64,000 nt of DNA from Fibrobacterales bacterium (GTDB lineage Bacteria; Fibrobacterota; Fibrobacteria; Fibrobacterales; JAOPTW01): NCBI GenBank assembly GCA_051532035.1, contig JAOPTW010000012.1:51085-115084 (forward strand). The letters run 5' to 3'. Position numbers and translations under genes: made by a program. How positions within the stretch are numbered: position 1 is the first letter of the stretch; every line of letters begins with the position of its first letter. Shown piece by piece: positions 1 to 8,876 of this stretch. Below the pieces are notes generated by a model. It was given only the letters and a program-made list of their open reading frames with translations. It did no database searches and was not told the origin of the DNA.

Positions 1-4
1 TGGG

Positions 5-2755
5 ATGCCCATTGAGTACGATCGAACGACCAAGATGTTTCAATGTGACCCTGCTGAACTTCATCGGTTTGAATTACCAGCTAGTGATGCTGGGGAAAAA
101 ATATTCAATCATTTACAGCAGGTTAGAGTAAATCATCCGACTTCTGATTCTATGAAGGTATTTGCCGCTGGCTCTACATGGGGGGAAGTAAATAAAGCTT
201 CAGAATTTTTTAAAATGGGGGTTTGGGAATCTGGATATCAAGAAAAATATGCCGATGTAATAAGGTCGGCACAGCCTGGTGATGTAATCATACTTAAGTC
301 AACCTATGCAACTAAAAATACTGGTTATTTACGAGTAAAAGGTGTTGGACATGTAATTCGAAATCTTGGTGATGGTAAAATGCTAGAAGTTGATTGGATT
401 GTTATTAATAAAAAAATCGACATACCAGAGCTGAGTAAATACAGGAATACATTTGGATTAATTACTGGGGCTGATCCAAAGATAATTTTGAATTCATTAA
501 GAGAATACGGCATAGATTTAAAAGATAACTTTACTTTTTCTATCAAGAAAAAAGAGACCGAAACTTATGCCAAGTTGGATTCTGATTCATATGATGGACC
601 TGATTTATTAGGATTGTCTGCGGATTACAAGGCCTTTTCAAAAATTATAGTAGCATCTGACTTTAGGCCTCCGTTGGCAATAGCATTATTTGGTAATTGG
701 GGGGCAGGCAAAAGCTTTTTTATGAAAAAAATAGAAGAGCAGATTGGTATTTACTCAATGGAAAAAGGCGACTCTCCATATTGCAAGGGAGTAGCTCACA
801 TTGGTTTCAATGCATGGTCTTATCTTGATACAAATCTTTGGGCTGGTATTATTACGACTATTTTTGAGGGTTTAGACAAATATATTAATGATAATTCTGG
901 GAGTGAGAAATACAAGACGGGGGTTAAAAATGAACTTATTAAAAATTTGAACTTCACAAATGAAGAATATGAGCGGTTAAAATATGAAAAATCAATTTTA
1001 ACAAGCAGAACAGGCAAATTGGAAGAACTAAAAAAACAGCTAGAAGATGATTTGTCTAAAAAGAATAAAGAAATAGGTGTAAATACTTTGACAAACGCTT
1101 ATGCTAAAGTAAATGAGGAATTTGATTTAGATCAAAGGTTTGATGAAATTAGAAATGAATACCAATTACCTACTTTAAAAAAAGAGGACCTAAAGTTTTT
1201 TATAGCCAAAAATGGTATTAAAGGAATTACTTCGTTATCATCGAAAATGATTGCTTTTAACGGTCTATTTAGTGCTGTATTTAGATGGCAGGTCTTGAGT
1301 GGGTTGATAGTAGGGGCTATTATATTAGGAGCCTATTGGTTGTGTTTAATTGTAATGAGCAAATTTGAAATATCGACTATTTTTAATAACCTGTCAACAA
1401 ATCTATTACTTCCAATTTTTGGAGCTGTCTCTGGATATTTAGCCTCTATAAAGAAAATACTTCCTTGGGTGACGTTTCTATGGAGGCTTAAAAATGATCA
1501 TAAAAACAAACTGAATGAAGAAAAAGATAAATGGTTACAAATATCTCAATCTACTGAACTTGAAAGAGTGGCACTAAGTGATCAGATTAGTAGGGTAGAG
1601 TTTGATATGGTAAATATTAAACTTGAAAATGAAAAATTATCACATACATTAGAAAATACACTTACGACTGAAGCGCTGAAGCTATTTATAGCCCAAAAAG
1701 CAAATGGAGCAGGGTATTCTCAATACTTAGGTTTAGTTTCATTGATAAGAAAAGATTTAAACATCTTAAGTGAACTGTTTTTAGAAAGTGATAAAGAAGT
1801 AAATTTTTTAAAAAATATGGATAAACCATTAGAACGAATAGTGCTCTATATTGACGACTTAGATAGGTGCCCAGAAAACAGAGTTGTTGAGGTGCTTGAA
1901 GCTGTAAATTTGTTGATGGCATTTCCCCTTTTTGTTGTAGTTGTTGGGGTTGATCAACGTTGGGTTGAAAAATCATTGGACTTTCATCACAAACCAATTA
2001 ACGAAAATAGATGCCAATGTTCAACTAATGATGATCAAAAAGATGTAGTCATCAGTGCAAAAAATTATTTAGAAAAAATATTTCAAGTTCCATTCCATTT
2101 AAAGGCTGCGAATGAGCAGAGTGTTAAAAAAATGGTTGATGACCTTTGTTATAGCTCGATAACTTTAGGTGAAAAAATAAATGATAACGGTAGTGATTAT
2201 TTTAGCTCAGACGAAACGCAGAATAGCACTAGATTTTTTGATCAAGAGGACATGGTACAAGACTCTAAGTCGATACCTTTTGACGCATTAAATCACCCAC
2301 AAATGGAAAAGATAACTTCTATAATATTATCAGATTTTGAAATTAATATGTTAAAGGATTTTACTTTTCTAATTGGAAAGAATCCAAGAGCTGTAAAAAG
2401 ATTTATTAATACATACCGAATAATTCGAACTCATGAAGATATTCAGGCGATTAATAATGATAAAGAAGTCTTGTATACTTCAATTATGTTATTGTTAGCG
2501 CTACCAATTGGTAGATTCGATAGGTTTGTTGCATCATTGGGGGAATTTATAAATGTTGGTAATGGAACTTTTTATGAGTATTTTGAATCAATAGAGGATA
2601 TAGGTATGGTTAGTGATGCTCAAGATATCAGGATCTTTTTTGAGCGAGATAGATATAGGGAAACGATCCTCAATGCTCAAGTAAATGATTTAAAAGATTT
2701 AGCAGTAATTGTTTCACGTTTTACGTTTCAAAATGTGTTCCAGGAATCATTTTGA
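5..2755 (+). CDS. KAP-family P-loop NTPase with two TM helices and an extra N-terminal domain (possibly 5'-truncated by the window edge)
   Basis: Walker A GNWGAGKS, FNAW motif, Walker B IVLYIDDLDRC, YLEKIFQVPF and NPRAVKRFINTY. Two hydrophobic segments and coiled coils sit inside the NTPase. The frame is open upstream of the ATG at 5. Confidence 0.9.
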   Translation: MPIEYDRTTKMFQCDPAELHRFELPASDAGEKIFNHLQQVRVNHPTSDSMKVFAAGSTWGEVNKASEFFKMGVWESGYQEKYADVIRSAQPGDVIILKSTYATKNTGYLRVKGVGHVIRNLGDGKMLEVDWIVINKKIDIPELSKYRNTFGLITGADPKIILNSLREYGIDLKDNFTFSIKKKETETYAKLDSDSYDGPDLLGLSADYKAFSKIIVASDFRPPLAIALFGNWGAGKSFFMKKIEEQIGIYSMEKGDSPYCKGVAHIGFNAWSYLDTNLWAGIITTIFEGLDKYINDNSGSEKYKTGVKNELIKNLNFTNEEYERLKYEKSILTSRTGKLEELKKQLEDDLSKKNKEIGVNTLTNAYAKVNEEFDLDQRFDEIRNEYQLPTLKKEDLKFFIAKNGIKGITSLSSKMIAFNGLFSAVFRWQVLSGLIVGAIILGAYWLCLIVMSKFEISTIFNNLSTNLLLPIFGAVSGYLASIKKILPWVTFLWRLKNDHKNKLNEEKDKWLQISQSTELERVALSDQISRVEFDMVNIKLENEKLSHTLENTLTTEALKLFIAQKANGAGYSQYLGLVSLIRKDLNILSELFLESDKEVNFLKNMDKPLERIVLYIDDLDRCPENRVVEVLEAVNLLMAFPLFVVVVGVDQRWVEKSLDFHHKPINENRCQCSTNDDQKDVVISAKNYLEKIFQVPFHLKAANEQSVKKMVDDLCYSSITLGEKINDNGSDYFSSDETQNSTRFFDQEDMVQDSKSIPFDALNHPQMEKITSIILSDFEINMLKDFTFLIGKNPRAVKRFINTYRIIRTHEDIQAINNDKEVLYTSIMLLLALPIGRFDRFVASLGEFINVGNGTFYEYFESIEDIGMVSDAQDIRIFFERDRYRETILNAQVNDLKDLAVIVSRFTFQNVFQESF

Positions 2756-2836
2756 TTTTCTGAGTAAATTGTCATCAATAATACCAATATCAGCAGTTGG
2801 AATAGCTGAAAGTTAAACTAAAATAATGAGGTCTAT

Positions 2837-3793
2837 ATGAATCCAAAAGTTTTTTTAAGTCATGCCAGTGAGGACAAAGAAAGGTTTGTTATTGAATTTG
2901 CAAAACAGTTAAGGTCCAAAGGCGTAGATATATGGTTAGATAAATGGGAAATGTTTGTCGGTGATAGTCTAGTTGATAAAATATTTGAAGAAGGGTTAAA
3001 AGAAGCGGAAGCTATAATCATTGTCATTTCCGAAAATAGTATAAATAAGCCATGGGTAAAAGAAGAGCTGAATGCAGCTATTGTGAGACGTATATCAAAT
3101 GGGACAAAAATATTACCTGTTATTATTGATGACTGTGAAGTACCTATGTCTTTAGTTTCAACTATCTGGGAAAAAATCTCCAATCTAGAGTCATATGATA
3201 ATAGTGTGCGTACAATTGTTAACTCTATTTTCGGTTTAAACGATAAGCCAGCTTTGGGAGATGTACCGCAACATGTCTCATCAAAATATTTTGAAATTGC
3301 TGAGCTCACAAAATCAGATAATATCGTATTAAAAGGCCTGTGTGAACATGTTTTAAAAAGTGATTCAGAACATTTGGATCCAGAAGTGGTTTTTGGTGAT
3401 GGATCATATATTGGATTGAGCGAAGATGAAATAAAGGAATGTATTGATATTTTAGAAGATATGTATTTTATTAAAGTTTCTAGGTTTTCTAGTGGAAATT
3501 TTCAGTATAGTTACCATTGCCTTATTAGAATCACAGCTTTTGGGTTTCATGAATATGCATGTGCTTATTTGTCAAATTATGACGATACAATAAATAAAAC
3601 TGTGTCAATGATTGTGAATGAAAATATCCATTCAGCCCAGATAGTCCACGAAAAATTAGATGTCAATCTCTATATTGTTAATTCAATTTTTCAACTACTC
3701 GAGGATAATGGTCATGTCGTACTTAGTTCAATGGTTAGTCCTTTTGAAAACATAAATAAAGTTGAAGTAAGTTTAAAAAGATCATTGCGGTAA
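2837..3793 (+). CDS. TIR domain protein (TIR_2-like) with putative tandem winged-helix C-terminus
   Basis: KVFLSHASEDKE, IWLDKWE..GDSL and SINKPWVKEEL (candidate catalytic Glu). GAGG SD upstream. Confidence 0.88.
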   Translation: MNPKVFLSHASEDKERFVIEFAKQLRSKGVDIWLDKWEMFVGDSLVDKIFEEGLKEAEAIIIVISENSINKPWVKEELNAAIVRRISNGTKILPVIIDDCEVPMSLVSTIWEKISNLESYDNSVRTIVNSIFGLNDKPALGDVPQHVSSKYFEIAELTKSDNIVLKGLCEHVLKSDSEHLDPEVVFGDGSYIGLSEDEIKECIDILEDMYFIKVSRFSSGNFQYSYHCLIRITAFGFHEYACAYLSNYDDTINKTVSMIVNENIHSAQIVHEKLDVNLYIVNSIFQLLEDNGHVVLSSMVSPFENINKVEVSLKRSLR

Positions 3794-3963
3794 TTCTTTC
3801 GATTGCCAACATTGATAACGCAAGATGAATTAGACTCAGGGGATAAGTTTTTAATATACTGATGCAGTAGATTTGTATGCATCTTAGTTCATGCTAAACT
3901 TTTGCTTAAGATAATGGGCGAAAGGGGGGGACAAATGAATTCGTTATTATTAAAAAGGAAATT

Positions 3964-4013
3964 ATGATACTCACCATAGTTACTATAATTATTATAATAA
4001 TGGTGATAATGTT
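3964..4013 (+). pseudogene. Possible 5' fragment of a membrane protein gene cut by the IS3 element
   Basis: AAGGAA, then ATG at 3964 encoding hydrophobic MILTIVTIIIIIMVIM, which runs directly into the IS end at 4014. Confidence 0.3.
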
Positions 4014-4038
4014 TGGACTTCACCCGATTTAGTGGTCA
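4014..4038. repeat. IS3 terminal inverted repeat (orfB end)
   Basis: TGGACTTCACCCGATTTAGTGGTCA matches the reverse complement of 5204-5228 at 21/25 positions. Confidence 0.9.
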
Positions 4039-4039
4039 G

Positions 4040-4900
4040 TTAAGCAGCAAATTTTCTCTTCTCAAATTCCATCGGGCTGATGAAACCAAGATGACTATGC
4101 CGACGTCTTGAATTATAGAAAGTTTCAATGTATTCAAACACTTCTGCACGAGCTTCATTACGAGTTCTATAAATTTTTCCCTGTATTTTTTCTTTTTTGA
4201 TGGTACTATTGAAGGATTCAATCGCTGCGTTATCAAAACAGTTACCTCGTCTACTCATACTAACCTCAAGATTATGATCTCTGCAAAAGCGTTTCCAAGA
4301 ATCAGAGCCATATTGGGAACCTTGATCTGAATGAATATTTACCTTATTTTTTGGTTTTCGATTAAATACTGCCATTGTAAGCGCATCAAGAACAAGGTCC
4401 TTTTTCATGTGGCCCTGCATTGAGTACCCAACAACACCCCTGGTGCAAAGGTCTTCGACTACCGCAAGATACAACCAGCCTTCATAGGTTTGAATTTGAG
4501 TTATATCAGTCACCCATACTTTATTCGGTTTCGAGATACTGAATTCTTGATTGACTAAATTAGGATGAGTATTATCGGGTTTTGAATACTTCTGCTTTCT
4601 CTTTTTGTAGCTACGAATAGGTCTTATAGCAGCTTGATGCATTAATCGTGCAACTCTCTTCTGTCCTATACTCCAGCCAGCTTCTTTTAAATCGTGATAA
4701 ATCCTAGGGGTTCCATAGGTTTCATGACTTTCAGCAAAGAAGTATTTTACCTCTTTAAGAATCTGCTGATCCTCTATAGCCCTGTCAGATAAAGGTTTAT
4801 CGAGCCATTTGTAAAATCCAGATTTGGTGATTTCCAAAACTTTACACATCAATGATATAGGGAATACCATTTTGTTATCCTTGATAAAGGTGTAACTCAA
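4040..4900 (-). CDS. IS3-family DDE transposase OrfB (rve integrase core)
   Basis: WVTDITQI, HSDQGSQY, SRRGNCFDNAAIESF and YNSRRRHSHLG motifs. Confidence 0.95.
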   Translation of the reverse strand: MSYTFIKDNKMVFPISLMCKVLEITKSGFYKWLDKPLSDRAIEDQQILKEVKYFFAESHETYGTPRIYHDLKEAGWSIGQKRVARLMHQAAIRPIRSYKKRKQKYSKPDNTHPNLVNQEFSISKPNKVWVTDITQIQTYEGWLYLAVVEDLCTRGVVGYSMQGHMKKDLVLDALTMAVFNRKPKNKVNIHSDQGSQYGSDSWKRFCRDHNLEVSMSRRGNCFDNAAIESFNSTIKKEKIQGKIYRTRNEARAEVFEYIETFYNSRRRHSHLGFISPMEFEKRKFAA

Positions 4901-5169
4901 TTGGATTCGTTTGCGAAGTACACCGCGGCCTTTTTTAAGATATCTCGTTCTTGCTGAGCTTTTTTTTACTCCTTTCGAAGACGAGCATTTTCATCTTCAA
5001 GGGAATTAATATTAGTAGTCTTTTTGTGAATGCGTTGACCATTGAGCCATTTGTAAATTGTTGGATTAGATACTCCAAGACGATCGCATTTTTCTTTTAC
5101 AGAATAGTCCTTCTCTCGAACTAGGTTGATAGCATCTTTCTTGAATTGATCTGAATATGATTTTGACAT
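4897..5169 (-). pseudogene. IS3 OrfA (HTH) with in-frame nonsense codon
   Basis: YSDQFKKDAI...RLRKE*KKAQQERDILKKAAVYFANESN*. TAA at 4966-4968 interrupts an otherwise typical OrfA tail. Confidence 0.85.
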
Positions 5170-5203
5170 GGACTTTCTCCAGTTATAAAATGTAGATTTT
5201 TAT

Positions 5204-5228
5204 TGTACACTATAACGGGTGAAGTCCA
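5204..5228. repeat. IS3 terminal inverted repeat (orfA end)
   Basis: TGTACACTATAACGGGTGAAGTCCA, partner of 4014-4038. Confidence 0.9.
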
Positions 5229-5393
5229 ATACGCACCTAGGCGGACAGTGTTCTTGGCTGACTCCTAAGGAATTGCACATATAACAGGTCTTATTGCTCA
5301 TATTTGTTTATCTTCATTTTTTAATCTACGAGTAAACTCGATCTAAGTCCTATGATACCTTTATAATAATGGGATGATATTAGGTGAAATCTA

Positions 5394-5411
5394 GTTAATT
5401 ATTGAATTAAC
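5394..5411. promoter_or_regulatory. Inverted repeat, candidate operator upstream of the HTH/defence operon
   Basis: GTTAATT-ATTG-AATTAAC, about 50 bp before the GTG at 5461. It is AT-rich, so it could be chance. Confidence 0.3.
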
Positions 5412-5460
5412 CACTAAAAATATCAATATTTAACTTACAGCACAACTAAAGAGGTTTTGA

Positions 5461-5640
5461 GTGGATAATCGTTGGCTTTCAGTAGAAGAGATTGGTGATT
5501 ATATGGGTGTTAAGAAGGATACAGTTTATATGTTTATTAAAGGCAGAGGAATGCCCGCTCATAAAATTGGTAAAGCATGGAAATTTCAAACAACTTAAGT
5601 TGATGTATGGGTTAGAGAAGGAAAGGCAGGTGAAAAATGA
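5461..5640 (+). pseudogene. Excisionase-family (HTH_17) DNA-binding protein with internal stop
   Basis: Not in the ORF track. GAGG SD, GTG start, MDNRWLSVEEIGDYMGVKKDTVYMFIKGRGMPAHKIGKAWKFQTT*VDVWVREGKAGEK*. TAA at 5596-5598. The final TGA overlaps the next ATG (ATGA). Confidence 0.85.
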
Positions 5641-6806
5641 AAATTCAAACTGAAACTGAAAAATGTATTACGGAAGATGATTTTGCTGAAGTAGAGAATA
5701 ATGACACAACGCCTGAAAATGATAATGAAGAAGATCTTTCTGAACCAGTAATCCAGGAACCTTTCAATCCAGCTGAAATAAATATTACCCATAAACAAGA
5801 TACTCTACGTAACCTTATAGACCGATTGAGTGATAAAGAAATTGATATGAATACAGACTTTCAGCGCCATGCAGAATTATGGGATAATGCTAAAATGTCT
5901 AGGCTTATAGAATCAATACTCATTCGTTTTCCTTTACCTGCATTTTATTTTGATGCCTCCAATGAAGATAATTGGCTAATTGTTGATGGACTACAGCGGC
6001 TTTCTGCAATCAGAAAATTCGTAATTGATAAGAAGCTAAAACTACGTGGTTTGGAATACCTTAAAAAAGATTTTGATGGGTTAGGGTATGATGACCTTCC
6101 CAAAACCTATAAAAGAAGAATCAATGAATGTCCTGTAACTTTATTTCTAATTCAAGCTGGAACACCTGATGCAGTAAAATATTCAATATTTAGAAGAATC
6201 AATACTGGTGGTTTAGTTTTAAATGATCAAGAAATTCGTAATGCTATGGCCAAACCAGACATACGTAGTTATTTGGAAAATATAGCCGATGATGATGATT
6301 TAAAAAAAGCAATTGGAGACCAGTCTCGCAGAATGGTTGATCAAGAAATGGTTCTTAGATTTTTAGCTTTTCATTTTATGGACTATGAATCTAGTAAAAA
6401 GAATATCGCCACTTTCTTAGACGAAATGATTGATAAACTTGAAAACTCCAGTAAGAGTGATTTAGAGAATTATCGAGAATCCTTCCAAACTGCTATTAAA
6501 AGAAGCTTAGGAATATTTGGTGATTCAGCTTTTGAAAAATGTATAAATGGCCAAAATTCAAGACGACGACGACGAAAGAGCTCTACTCTCTTTGAAGTTT
6601 GGACGAATGCCCTTGTGCAGTTAAATGAGGCTGATAGCTTAGTTCTTCTCAACAATAAGCAGCTATTGATAGATAAGCACATTGATCTAATGTCTAATGA
6701 TAATGATTATTTTCGATCTATCACCTATTCTACTCAGAAAAAAGATCACTTTCGTACAAGGCGAGATAAAGTAAATACAATAATTAATGAGGTTCTTAAT
6801 GCTTAA
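5637..6806 (+). CDS. nsnA: DUF262 (ParB/Srx-like) protein, Menshen NsnA-like
   Basis: DFQR..ELW, SRLIESIL.RFPLPAFY, IVDGLQRLS and IFRRINTGG motifs. First gene of a three-gene overlapping operon. Confidence 0.85.
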   Translation: MKIQTETEKCITEDDFAEVENNDTTPENDNEEDLSEPVIQEPFNPAEINITHKQDTLRNLIDRLSDKEIDMNTDFQRHAELWDNAKMSRLIESILIRFPLPAFYFDASNEDNWLIVDGLQRLSAIRKFVIDKKLKLRGLEYLKKDFDGLGYDDLPKTYKRRINECPVTLFLIQAGTPDAVKYSIFRRINTGGLVLNDQEIRNAMAKPDIRSYLENIADDDDLKKAIGDQSRRMVDQEMVLRFLAFHFMDYESSKKNIATFLDEMIDKLENSSKSDLENYRESFQTAIKRSLGIFGDSAFEKCINGQNSRRRRRKSSTLFEVWTNALVQLNEADSLVLLNNKQLLIDKHIDLMSNDNDYFRSITYSTQKKDHFRTRRDKVNTIINEVLNA

Positions 6807-7902
6807 TTTTATTAGAATTCAACGATTTAAGGCTCTTAATGATGCAAGTTTTCCATTAGCCTCTCTTAATCTTTTTAGCGGATTAAATGGGATGGGAAAA
6901 TCATCTGTAATCCAAGCTTTGCTTCTTTTAAGGCAATCTGAAGAAAACCACACATTATTAAATAAAGGGTTATTGCTTAAAGGAGACTATGTTTCAGTGG
7001 GCACAGGGCAAGATATTCTTTCAGAAAATGCCGAAAAGGAAACAATAGAGTTTACACTTACGTGGAACAGTGATAAACCCGTTAATTTTATTTTTAATTA
7101 TTCGGGTAAATCTGATCTTCAGCCTCTTGGTTCAAAACTTGTTATTTCGCATAAAAATGATCTAAACCTTTTTTCAAAAAAATTCCAGTACCTTTCTGCT
7201 GATCGGATAAGTCCAAAAGCTGCTTATGAGGCATCTGATTATTATATTAAGGATTTGAACTCTTTAGGTAATCACGGAGAATATACAGCGCATTATATTG
7301 CTGAAAATGGACTAGATCCATTGCCTATAAAAGCTTTAAAGCACCCTGATGCTCCATCTCTTTCATTGTTGGATAGTCTCGATAAATGGATGTCAGAAAT
7401 ATCACCTGGAATAAGAATACATGCACAGCTGCATCAGACTCTAAATTCCGTTTCTTTGAATTATGCTTTTGAACAAGGTAATGAGATGACTGCTGATTTT
7501 AAACCTCAAAATGTTGGTTTTGGACTTACTTTTGTACTGCCAGTTTTGGTCGCTATACTAAGATCAAAACCAGGAGATATGCTCATTATTGAAAATCCTG
7601 AAGCACATTTGCACCCTGGGGGACAGTCAGTTTTGGGCCGTCTCTGCTCTTTGGCTGCAAAAAATAATGTGCAACTCTTTATTGAATCTCATTCAGATCA
7701 TTTTTTGAATGGAATACGTGTTGCAATTAAACAGGGTGTTATTCCTAATCAAGATGTCAAACTTTTTTACCTTGAAAGAAGTACCGATTCTACACATGAA
7801 TCAATTGTAATTTCACCAAAAATTGATAGTAATGGAAGAATTGATATTTGGCCACAAGGTTTTTTTGATGAAAGTGATAAGCTGTTGGAGAAGCTTTTAT
7901 GA
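6799..7902 (+). CDS. nsnB: AAA_15/AAA_21 ATPase with C-terminal DUF3696, Menshen NsnB-like
   Basis: GLNGMGKSS, NVGFG, IIENPEAHLHP, ESHSDH and C-terminal IDSNGRIDIWPQGFFDE. The ATG at 6799 has a GAGGT SD and overlaps the nsnA stop (the ORF track starts at 6787). Confidence 0.87.
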   Translation: MLNFIRIQRFKALNDASFPLASLNLFSGLNGMGKSSVIQALLLLRQSEENHTLLNKGLLLKGDYVSVGTGQDILSENAEKETIEFTLTWNSDKPVNFIFNYSGKSDLQPLGSKLVISHKNDLNLFSKKFQYLSADRISPKAAYEASDYYIKDLNSLGNHGEYTAHYIAENGLDPLPIKALKHPDAPSLSLLDSLDKWMSEISPGIRIHAQLHQTLNSVSLNYAFEQGNEMTADFKPQNVGFGLTFVLPVLVAILRSKPGDMLIIENPEAHLHPGGQSVLGRLCSLAAKNNVQLFIESHSDHFLNGIRVAIKQGVIPNQDVKLFYLERSTDSTHESIVISPKIDSNGRIDIWPQGFFDESDKLLEKLL

Positions 7903-8876
7903 TGTCAAGTATGGTGTTTAATCATCATTCGTTACCATTCAGTTCAGCTATGGAGGCAGACAGCAGTGTATTAGAGTTTTTGAAAATATGCATAAAAGCT
8001 CAAAATGTTGGCATTAAAACCGTTTTGATTGATGATGTTATTGATAAAAGTTGGTTCCGTGTCGAGCTTTCGAGTGGATATTATTGGCAAGATTGGTTTA
8101 ACTCACATAATACCGATGATAACAAAGATATAATACGCGTATTTAGAAGTGTAAACATTCAACAGCCATTATTTCGTTCTAAAGATATTGAAGAAGGAGC
8201 TGAGCTTTTTGAAGTCAATATTATAGATGAGAAATCATATTCAGCGATTACAGCTGCAGCGTGGCATCAGTGCCCTCTTGTTAGCTTTCCAACTGAATCC
8301 CTTTGGAAAACCCCTTTAATAAGCATAAAAATCAGAACACTAAATCGTTTAGCTGAAATAGTATCTACCCAAAGTAGTGTATTGAACTTTTTTTCCATTC
8401 GTTCATTTGAAAATGAAATAGATAATCTTATAAAACAGAGAAATGATTTAATTAAATCTGGAAAACAGATTGTCGAGCAGCGTAATACCTTTTTCACAAA
8501 TGTGATTTTTTGTGGAGATTCCGTCCAGCAATTGCAGTATTGGTCAGCAAATAAAACATTGTTAGAGCAAGTCAAAGAGTCAATAACAGTTCTTAATAAA
8601 TTTAGTGACTTATGGAAAATAGGAACATATCAAGCATATAACAAAGAGGCGTTACAGCAAGAAGGCTTAAATCATAGAGTTAGTGGGGAATCTGAAACAG
8701 TTCTTAATACTCCAAATTTGAGGGCTGAACGTGAATTTTGGTTGCCAACTGGAGTAAAAAAAATATTTGATAACCATGTGAAATTAAGTAATGGCTATCG
8801 CTTGCATTTTTATCCTTGCAATGAATCAAAAAATATTTATGTCGGGCATATAGGTCCGCATTTAAATCTTTCTTAA
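7899..8876 (+). CDS. nsnC: Putative effector with RelE-like C-terminal nuclease domain, Menshen NsnC-like
   Basis: ATGA overlap with the ATPase gene. C-terminal SGESETV...R.F...HVKL..GYRLHFYP....IYVGHIGPHL is typical of third genes in DUF262-DUF3696 operons. Confidence 0.65.
   Translation: MMSSMVFNHHSLPFSSAMEADSSVLEFLKICIKAQNVGIKTVLIDDVIDKSWFRVELSSGYYWQDWFNSHNTDDNKDIIRVFRSVNIQQPLFRSKDIEEGAELFEVNIIDEKSYSAITAAAWHQCPLVSFPTESLWKTPLISIKIRTLNRLAEIVSTQSSVLNFFSIRSFENEIDNLIKQRNDLIKSGKQIVEQRNTFFTNVIFCGDSVQQLQYWSANKTLLEQVKESITVLNKFSDLWKIGTYQAYNKEALQQEGLNHRVSGESETVLNTPNLRAEREFWLPTGVKKIFDNHVKLSNGYRLHFYPCNESKNIYVGHIGPHLNLS

Larger units (their letters stand above)
4014..5228 (-). mobile_element. IS3-family insertion sequence (~1215 bp), probably non-autonomous
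   Basis: TG...CA termini, 25-bp imperfect terminal inverted repeats, orfA/orfB layout and an A-AAA-AAG -1 frameshift motif at 4930-4936 (minus strand). Confidence 0.93.

Noticed and set aside
2837..3793. Complete Thoeris or CBASS system
   Set aside because: No ThsA (SIR2/Macro/TM) or CD-NTase gene is in the window. One could lie upstream, outside it.
5230..5283. Second transposase remnant right of the IS (THLGGQCSWLTPKELHI)
   Set aside because: Too short and only vaguely similar. No associated inverted repeat was found.
4966..5598. Stop-codon reassignment suggested by two nearby in-frame TAA codons
   Set aside because: The expected residues differ (Leu and Glu), and many clearly complete genes here end in TAA. 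Independent nonsense changes are simpler.
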